Shown in pieces: positions 55,054 to 64,000 of a stretch of 64,000 nucleotides of DNA; position 1 is the stretch's first letter; every line of letters starts with the position of its first letter. This DNA comes from Octopus vulgaris (taxonomy: Eukaryota). The position numbers and the translations under genes are program-made. The notes below the pieces were generated by a model. The model worked only from the letters and a program-made list of their open reading frames with translations, had not been told where the DNA came from and searched no databases. The DNA is taken from the NCBI GenBank assembly GCA_951406725.2, contig OX597815.1, positions 139,996,001 to 140,060,000 on the forward strand. The letters run 5' to 3'.

Positions 55054-55059
<6 letters not shown>
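54983..55059. repeat. Near-perfect palindrome centred on (TA)n
   Basis: ATGAAAAAAAAAACAACTCGAAGAAAT-(TA)n-ATTTCTTCGAGTTGCTTTTTTTTCAT. Confidence 0.9.
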
Positions 55060-55115
<56 letters not shown>

Positions 55116-55761
55116 ACGTTTGTATGTGTGTGTTTGTATGTGTATTTTGATGCATCAGTTATTTTTTTTACCAGATGTCTTTATGCTTTCGATTGAAGAA
55201 TACTGTAAACAATATTAGCAATAAATGTAAAATACAACCACATCTTTGATTGATTTATACATAATATCAATATTTGGTCGTGTTTTTACAATGATGGTTA
55301 GAATTTTTATTTGCCAACGATATTGTTTTGTCTACAAGCGAAATAACTTCCTGAAAACGGAACACTTATTTCTCCTCAGTTAGTTATTATATCGCACACA
55401 GCGATAAGAATCACTACCGCACGCAATCACTACCCAAATATATATATTGGCAAGAAATTTAGACAAATAGATTTGCGAGCTGTTGCATATTAACATAGCT
55501 ATGATTTAGCGACGTTGAAGAGCAAGCAGGACGTATTTCCAGAGGGACCACAAAATTTTGTAACAACGCATTTCATGTTTGAGTTAATGACACTTTATGG
55601 GCAAATTAACTGACAGGCTAAAGATTGATTTTTTTTATAGCATTGTCCATGATCTTTACAGAAATATCGACCTTGGCGTACGTCTGTTTATTTGCCCACA
55701 CGTTACATATAATAGGATTGTGCCGACGCTTAGATACTTCTGCACAGTTTGGTTATATGCA

Positions 55762-55817
<56 letters not shown>

Positions 55818-55824
<7 letters not shown>

Positions 55825-55968
55825 ATTATATAGAAGGAGCTTCCTGAAGATTTCTCTTGAATGAAACAGTACTAGTCCTGTAGAAGCTCCTTCTATATAA
55901 TAAATTAATTTTACTCTGCTATGTATTAGTACCTTACTTACTGTGGTTAACCCCGAATCAACCCGGGA

Positions 55969-55971
<3 letters not shown>
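55818..55971 (+). mobile_element. 154-bp non-coding mini-insertion of the same Penelope-like family: inverted 26-bp end + hammerhead + tail
   Basis: 55838-55971 is essentially identical to 45136-45270 (1-nt deletion); 55818-55843 is the exact reverse complement of 55883-55908; (TA)n on both flanks. Confidence 0.92.
55838..55888 (+). ncRNA. Hammerhead ribozyme motif, third copy
   Basis: CTGAAGA 55844-55850, GAAA 55863-55866, GTA 55880-55882. Confidence 0.75.
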
Positions 55972-56064
<93 letters not shown>

Positions 56065-56473
56065 ATGTGTGTGTGTATATATATGTATGTGTATGTGTAT
56101 ATATGTATGCACGTATGTGTGTATGTGTGTGCGCGTGTGTGTGTGTGTGTGTGTGTGCATCATTGATTTGACTAGGATTTCATGTTTAACTTTTGACGGC
56201 TTCTTCCACGTGGTTGAATAAGCTCTAAAATCCCTGTCGATTCCATAAATGAATTATCAATAAATAACTCTACAATATTAAGGGTCACACCATAAATAAA
56301 CGTTTTGTTGTTACCTACAAGTCGATGAACAATACTAGATAATACATACATTCATGCATACATTCATACATTCATACATATGTCTGTTTAGTGTTGTATG
56401 TTGGGAAAATAGAGTACTCAGAACCATGGCTGAGGCCTGAAGTTTCTGTGTCTCAGAGTAACAGGAGTCTGAC

Positions 56474-56521
<48 letters not shown>

Positions 56522-57567
56522 TGTATGTATGTATGTATGTATGTATGTATGTATGTATGTATGCATGTATGTATGTATGTATATATGCATGCATGCATGT
56601 ATGTATGTATGTATGTATGTATGTATGTATGTATGTATATTTGTTTGTTTGTAAATAATAGTATAAGTGAAAAGGTGCGAGAGGTGAAGATAAAATCACT
56701 TTTCCATATGATTACAGCCGTTTCGTAACTTTCTTCATGTAGAATTATTAATTTCAATATGCAAAATGAAAAACAAAAAGATCAAAAAGGCATCGGGGGT
56801 GGGGTGGGGGGGGGGGCGATGCATATCCTGCACGCAGATAATTTTTTTTGCAAATTATAGTGTAGTTTACAATGCATTGCTTACCCATGCTTTTTAATTG
56901 AACTGAATTAAGTTTTGTAAGTGTTGGACTAAAAGAGGATTAGAAGCCTAAGAAGGTGACAACTAAAAGTAGACTTGATCGATGTCTACGCCAAACCCAT
57001 ATGAGTTAAATTTACAAATGACTAAATAAATGATTGTTCAAATGATAATCATGATTATGAAAAAGAAAGCGAACAAAATGAAATACTTATAGAAAATTTT
57101 GCATAGAATTTGAGAAGTATTTTCAACGTCCTTCAACAATGGCAGGTGAATCAAACGTACTGTAGTTCGTTGTAGGATATAAATAATATGACCACTTGCT
57201 TATCGGGAAATACGTAAGTTCGATTTAAAAAACAAAAAATTTCTTTCTTTCTTTTAAGTATTACCATTATAGGTATTTATACACCGGTGAAATTAAGAAA
57301 TCTACTCGAAAATAAACGAAATCCTCGAATCCATTACTGGACACATACACACACACACACACACGCGCGCAGACACACACAGACACACACACAGACACAC
57401 AGACGCAGACACACACGCACACTAAGTATGTATGTATGTATGTATGTATGTATGTATGTATGTATGTATGCACTCACACATGTTTACGTGCAAAGGCACA
57501 CCATGATCCATACACATGGACGAGGGTCGAATCAAATGATATATATATATATATATATATATATAGC

Positions 57568-57735
57568 GAAAGTTTACAAAAAAAACAAAAGACGAAGACA
57601 GGTGGTGTACAAAACAAACAGATGTATTAGTATAGCGCTCAGGAATAGAAAAAGTCTTTAACGTTTCGAGCCTACGCTCTTCTACAAAAAGGTACACAGA
57701 AAAAACAAGGAGAGAAAAAAATGTGTGTAGTGGCT
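57568..57735 (-). repeat. pLTR-like dispersed repeat, homologue of 29940-30122
   Basis: AAAGTCTTTAACGTTTCGAGCCTACGCTCTTC. Confidence 0.75.
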
Positions 57736-58597
57736 AGTACTATTCCGTGATGATAAGATCAACCAAAAAGTACTCCATCTGGTGAGAGATAGATAGGATT
57801 TAATTGACATAATACATGTTTTTATGTGCTAGTAATAGATTATTGTGCTGAGAACATGCCTAAACGATGCATACTCTGTGTGCACATGAATTCTTTCACA
57901 AAAAATCTGCACAGTCAAAACATTTTGATTTACCTGTCTGCCAGTTTTCAAAATAATCAAACCAAATTTTAATCATTTCGAGCCACCTACCTGATGGGTA
58001 TTTCTGCCAAATTTGGTGAAATTTGTTCAGCTGTTTTCCAGTATTTTGCAAGCACACAGACAAACAAACAAAAACGAATGATTACAATACCCTGCTTTCG
58101 CTTATGTTTGCATCAATGTCTGTGTATAGTATTATATAATAGAATTGTGTAATCATAAATTAATGCAAATAAAGAAAGCTTGCTCATCAGATCACCAGAA
58201 CATCATAGCATATTAATTTGTGAATATCCAATTGCATTCTATAATGTTGAGTATATTAATGAAAATATGTGCGTATAATTTTGCACACTGGAGTTAGTAA
58301 CACCATATGAAGAAAGTTATAAAACAGCTATAATTATATACAAACGATAAGGAAAAAATAAACCTATCGTCAGTTACTACCGTCTGACTTATGCTTTATT
58401 TATACCTCGCAGAAAAAAAATATTGTTTGGATTTCCTGGATTTTCAGTTACACGAACATATTACATCACATTACATGGTAATTAATTTCTACGTAAACTG
58501 ATAGCCGACTCTGAATGGGGAGCTTACTGTGAAAGCGGCATGGTTATCTCAATTCATACTTTATACACACACACACACACACATGCATTTATGAGGG

Positions 58598-58692
<95 letters not shown>

Positions 58693-60607
58693 GTGTGTGT
58701 GTATCTGTATGTATCATTTTTTATCTCCTTGAGTACTTCCTATAATTAAGCAGCTGGTTTGTAACGAACAAAGCTCTATTATTGGAATTTCGGATGCCAA
58801 CAAAATATTGAGTTACATCTTGAATTTTAAAATAAGTCGAGTTTATTTTCACTAATCCGGTTACTGACTGAATTTGCAGATTCTAAGTTAGAGGATCTCT
58901 CATTCCTTTTCTGTCAGAAACACCCAACTTTTCCGAATTAATACATGGACACTGTGCACCAGTAATTATAGGTACAAATGTACATGTACAATCTTGATAG
59001 AGACGATTGAATAAATGTTCGGTTTTCCGTAATTTTGCATGAAATGTTGTCTTCTACTGGGGTGCTGGCCCCTCCAACAGTAGTTAGACTCCTATAAGAG
59101 TATTGATTGATTTCTATTAGACTGTTTTCCAAAACAGTATATGGCTTATATTTACGTCCCAAACAGTATGTGGCTTATATTTACGTCCCAAACAGTTACG
59201 TTAGTTATGATGTGACTGTATGAAGCGTACGTTTTTATGGTGATGTCCCACTAGTATACCCCATGATAGAATACAAGAAATACAGTCACTATCAGGAGTA
59301 ATATTGGTTTCAAATCTTGGCACAAGGGCAAAATCGACTTACCCCCTCGATGGCGGTCCCTTCTACGGAATACATTGTATTTTGTTTTAGCAATAATGAC
59401 ATACTTCATATGTCTACATAAGTGAACAACTCAAGTTCTCATGCATAATGTTCATATACTTTACAGTTTCAGTCGCATCTTAGCAGTTCAAGAACTTCAC
59501 CGTCTGTATGTTCAACTGGTATTTTAGCATCCATCTCTTCATCTTGGTTGGCGAAAGTGTAAACATTCGAAGAGCCATGAACCGTGTCATGATTCCCAAG
59601 ACAAGCTATTCTTCTAGGCAATACTGGCACCGTTCTCAATGTGGTCATGCATCACCTTTTGTCGGCATACGGAATGTTTCTTCTCCTTGTCTTTGTTTGC
59701 CCAAAAGCACATAGCATGTTATCATGAAGTGAATTTTTTTCTTGATCAATTAACCACCGGTCTGTGAGTTGTTTTATTCACTTTGAAGCGTTTATTTGTT
59801 GAGGCATTTGTATTTTGTTGCCGTTGCTTGGCAGATAATATCTGAGAGATATCATATCATATTACTGATATCATACGATATCAAAGCTGTCCGAATTGAT
59901 TTTGTTCCTAATTTCTCTGTATTTTATTCTGAGATACAGCCTGTCAACACCACTATTCCCGTGGAAGCTTCCAATTGAAAATAGGATCTTGAGGGTTTTA
60001 ATATCTATGGAAATATCTATGGAACGGTTTTCTTCTGCAGACCAGAGAAATATCATCTATTTTTCTGACAGATATGCGTGTATGTATGTATGTATGTATG
60101 TATGTATGTATGTATGTATGTATGTATGTATGTATGTATGTATGTATGTATATACGAATGTATGAATCTGCACGCGTATGTGTGTGTACGCAAGCATGTC
60201 ACTGCTTTTTGGTATAACTTTGAAGCATTCTGGCAACACAGCGACGCACTGTCTTCTGTTGATATGTAGAAAATCCTTCATCTGATGTCATACTACATAA
60301 AAATTGTACAAAAATCCCGGATGTGTGTTATAGGGTTCTCAACGAGAGAATACCAACCGAGTACATTCTTTCCAACTCTCGTGATTTTATTTGCCTTGTT
60401 TATGATTGCATTTCGGTGTTACGTGGTTAATAGTTGCTGCCGAATGAATATGATGCGACATTCAATAGCTCTTTGAACTGAAGTTAACTCTTTGTCGCCT
60501 TGTTTTTATTTTAGGTAAAAATTGATTAATAGTTGTTAATAGTTCTTCAGCTTTATCATCAACGACCCGGAACTTGTGTTTGTATTTAGTAAAAGTTTTA
60601 ATGTAAA

Positions 60608-60860
60608 TTACGGAGATGTACTTGCATAGCAAGTGATTTGATCTGAGATCGTGTGCTGAAACGAAAATAATTGCAGCGAGGAAGGTGTTTGTAAGCCATT
60701 TAAGAAACACACAAAAGCCGTTCGATTCACTTCAACATTTAAGTTTAATTTGTCAAAATATTTTCGTCGCTTTAAGACCGCGACCTGTTCACTGACAAAA
60801 ATCCGTGCTTTTGTGTGTTTCTTAAATGGCTTACAAACACCTTCCTCGCTGCAATTGTTT
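60608..60860 (-). mobile_element. Non-coding pLTR-like element with tail, hammerhead-like motif and inverted partial copy
   Basis: 60608-60808 matches the reverse complement of 9371-9572; 60807-60860 is an inverted copy of 60665-60718. Confidence 0.85.
60749..60799 (-). ncRNA. Type I hammerhead-like motif with GUGAACA (G3/C8) core, copy 2
   Basis: Minus strand tttgtca-GTGAACA-g-gtcgc(ggtcttaaa)gcgac-GAAA-atat-TT-tgacaaa; 7-bp stem I, 5-bp stem II. Confidence 0.6.
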
Positions 60861-61369
60861 AATGTAAATGTTTCGCCTATATTCCATGTGCTGGAATATA
60901 TAAATATACTTTATCGAGTAGCGCAAATGTCTGTATGAATATAGGAACAACAAACATCTTGGATCACTGATTTGCGCATGGAAAGGATTCTGAGGACCAG
61001 GCATTTTCATCCGAGGGTAATATTCCCTCGTTACGTGTTCTTAGTTACAAGATCCACCATAGAATATATTCTCGTCTATCTCTAAATACCTGAGGTATTC
61101 CTTGTTGGATATCGTAGAAATAATCAGGCTGTTAACAGAGATATCAATAGAGACAGCTTGTATCCAGGAATATTTATTTTGGTTAGTCTTTGTTTCTTTT
61201 TTCTTTAAGAATGTCATCATCAAATCAAAGCTTTTCTTTATATATTCCAAGTTTTTCACATATTTCTTCTGATCGTCCACGACCAAGGTATACCATGAGG
61301 TCAAACATATACAGTTCATATTTCATCAGCAAAATGATTAAGATTCACTACTAGTATGAGCAAGAGAGA

Positions 61370-61436
<67 letters not shown>

Positions 61437-61722
61437 TGTGTGTGTGGTGTGTGTACCTCGTTGAAATATACCTCTGCGTTGGGGTAAATTTCAGTGAGAT
61501 ACATTCTCCTAGGTTTTCAAAGGAGACACATTCTCTTAGGTTTTCAGAGGAGGACATAACTTATTGATTAATTTCAGAATGGTTTTCCATAAGGAAACAG
61601 GATTGTTTTTGGCTTTGATGGGATTGAGTGACTGAGTGGATATAGACATCATAAAAACATAATAGATACGGACACGTCAAGTTGACTGGTACGTCACAGT
61701 AAATTTGACACTTCTCTTAGTG

Positions 61723-61944
61723 TACGAGGGGTGCTGAAAAGTTCCCACCTTTAGATGAAAGAAAATACAGGAGGATCAGTTAATTATGATTTTTATTCAC
61801 TAAATTCTCTTCCTCAGATTCGCACACTTATTGTAGCAATTCTACAGTTTTTCAAAGCCCTGTAAAAGATCTCAGAAGTTTGTGCCTCCAACAAGGCCTT
61901 TCGCGACACCCTTAAAGCTAGGAACTTTTCAGCACCTGCTCGTA
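61723..61944. mobile_element. Mariner-type MITE
   Basis: TA-CGAGGGGTGCTGAAAAGTTCC ... GGAACTTTTCAGCACCTGCTCG-TA. Confidence 0.85.
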
Positions 61945-62193
61945 GATTTACATCACTTCCTCGTAGAGTCATATCACTTCTTCGTAGAGTCACACCATTT
62001 TTAAAGTCGTTACTTTAAAAGTGTTTCAAAATTACATTATTTTACTATTTCGACTGAGACATACCTACGTTTATCAGGAGAGCAAGAGAGTATATATATA
62101 TCATCATCTTAACCTGGCTTCGGGTATCACGATTCAGGAAAGCAACTGTCAATGTGTATTGCAGGCTAGAAGTATATAAACACGCATTGTACA

Positions 62194-62291
<98 letters not shown>

Positions 62292-63107
62292 TGTGCGTGT
62301 GCGTGTGTGTGTGTTTGTGTGTGTGTGTGTATTTAAACCAGCAGAAGTTACAAACTGATTCAAGAGCCGAGAGTTTTGTGCATTGGCACTTATAGATTAT
62401 ATCTGTAGAGGGAGAGAATGAGAGTGTATGTAGAACACGTAGATAAGAGAGAGAACACTTATACATAGGGGAAGTGTGAGGCAGTATTTATAGACACAGA
62501 CATATGGACACAAAACTTTGATATGAATGAAGAAAAAACAAAAAGTTTCTAAATTTTTCACTGTGATAAGAAATATAGTGAGTAGCGAGAAGTTTGTGAC
62601 AAGAACATTGATCTTGTAATCTGCAGCATCCAGAGAAAACATCAGTGAATTATTATCTTTCTTAGAGACATTCTATTGGAAAAGTAATATCTAGTCTCGT
62701 CCTTTCAAAGAGCTGTTTCAACGGAAATATTAAAGAAATATCTTTTAAAACCTCCAGTTAAAACTTCTAACAGATGTAAACCCAGATCTGCAGTAGTTTC
62801 CCGAGATAGAGAAGAAAAATGTGTTGTGTTGTAGAAGTAAGAAAAGGAAAGTATTGACCGTGAACTGGAATAAAGCTGAAGGGTTCTATATCATCTGGGT
62901 ATTTTTAGTAGGAAATATTAATGCATTGGTGAATATACAGGGTCAAAATAATCGAGTTGTTTTTGCTTGCCGCTCGGCCAGCATTAAGACAGCGAATTGG
63001 CAGAGTCGTTAGAACAAGCGTTGGAGAGAATATCTCGTAGTGTTTATTCCGACTCTCTGCAGTCAGAGCTAAAATCCTGCTGAGAGCAATTTTGCTTTTG
63101 CTCTTTT

Positions 63108-63552
63108 CATTAAGCCCTTCGCTCCCGATGGAGCATAGCCCATCGAACACTTTTCTCTACTTTTCTTGACGCTGTCTTTCCTTTCTGTTTCTTTCCAGTT
63201 GGACCCCTGCTTTCCCAGCTCCGCCTCAACATCCCTTCTCCAGCTATTTTTAGAGCGTCCTCTCTTCCATCGCCCCTGTGAGTTTTAGGTCGTATGTCTC
63301 CCTCGGAGAATGTCTTCCTCTGTCTGGTCTTGTTGGTTTTAAATTATCGATGCTTCTGTAACGATATTGTTTTCCTAGATAGGTATATTGGCCCCATGCA
63401 AATCCATTTTTACCTTTGGGAAGAGCCGACCCACATTAGTCTGGCCTCCAACCTTTGACCTGTCCAGCATGGAAGGCTTTACATGGAGCTTGCACTCCGC
63501 TGACAAAGCTCCCAGGGGTATGAGGCACACAAACTACGACACAGCAACAAGA
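63108..63552 (-). mobile_element. Internally deleted RTE element (5' UTR-like part joined to the ORF 3' end)
   Basis: Minus strand NSQGRWKRGRSKNSWRRDVEAEL..NW..VFDGLCS (RTE C-terminus); 63450-63552 ACCTTTGACCTGTCCAGCATGG..AGCTCCCAGGG..GAGGCACACAA resembles the reverse complement of RTE 5' UTRs. Confidence 0.65.
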
Positions 63553-63745
63553 ACTGAATCGTATAGTTTGATCTTTACGGGTTTGATAAATTGAGTTCTA
63601 ATTCAGGGTAGTTTATTGACTGGCCTGTTAGAAGATTCTAACTGTAACATCTGCAACAAGTTGACAGCCTTTCCTTCATTATTGCAAAGAGGGAAGACTT
63701 GTATTCATAAGGAATGGTCAGTCTTATAAAAAAAAATACAAACCA

Positions 63746-63944
63746 AATTTTGTGCATTATTTACATTATTTACATTCGACGGATATTTGTCCTCATCTTG
63801 TTTGTTGTTAACACAACGTTTCGGCTGATATACCCTCAGCCAAAACGTTGTGTTAACAACAAACAAGATGAGGACAAATATCCGTCGAATGTAAATATTG
63901 TAAATAATGTACAAAATTCTTCATCTCTTAAATATAGAACTGTA
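63746..63944. mobile_element. 83-bp-arm hairpin with unduplicated tail; pLTR fold-back remnant
   Basis: Arms 63746-63828 / 63836-63918 (3 mismatches), loop TATACCC, tail 63919-63944; arms carry cagcc-GAAACGTT-gtgt. Confidence 0.8.
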
Positions 63945-64000
63945 TTAGTCTTGTCCAGACCTGAAAAAAAGAACACGTACTTGACTAATTAGACCCTAAT

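Larger units (their letters stand above)
59400..61320 (-). mobile_element. Fragmented old RLE-clade LINE, interrupted by (TATG)n and by the 60608-60860 element
   Basis: Minus strand: LVVDDQKKY (~61260-61290), YLRYLEIDENIFY (~61060-61100), SFHGNSGVDRLYLR (~59930-59972), YTFANQDEEMDAK (~59523-59562); collinear with RLE LINE ORFs. Confidence 0.65.

Noticed and set aside
59128-59195. 30-bp direct duplication
   Set aside because: Ordinary local tandem duplication with no further structure

Overview
AT-rich eukaryotic (animal) intergenic or intronic DNA, saturated with microsatellites and transposon debris. The SINE and repeat families look like those of octopus/coleoid cephalopods; that assignment is inference from recall, not a database match. 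I found no intact host gene, rRNA, tRNA gene or CRISPR array, and almost all ORFs in the track are microsatellite artefacts. The real coding signal is retroelement or DNA-transposon derived: two Penelope-like elements (RT + GIY-YIG), an RTE LINE with an inverted 5' part, several restriction-like-endonuclease LINE remnants, and mariner and hAT transposase remnants. Non-autonomous elements include three tRNA-derived SINE families, a Helitron, a Helentron-type element and several MITEs. The most striking structure is a young ~7 kb Penelope-like insertion (38243-45270) with two ~2.7 kb inverted arms, each ending in a hammerhead-ribozyme motif. The same 'hammerhead + head-to-head fold-back + single unduplicated tail' plan recurs in miniature, non-coding elements from several unrelated families (55818, 60608, 63746). 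One family has a hammerhead core with an apparent compensatory C3-G8 to G3-C8 swap. All structures were read by eye; ribozyme activity is untested.
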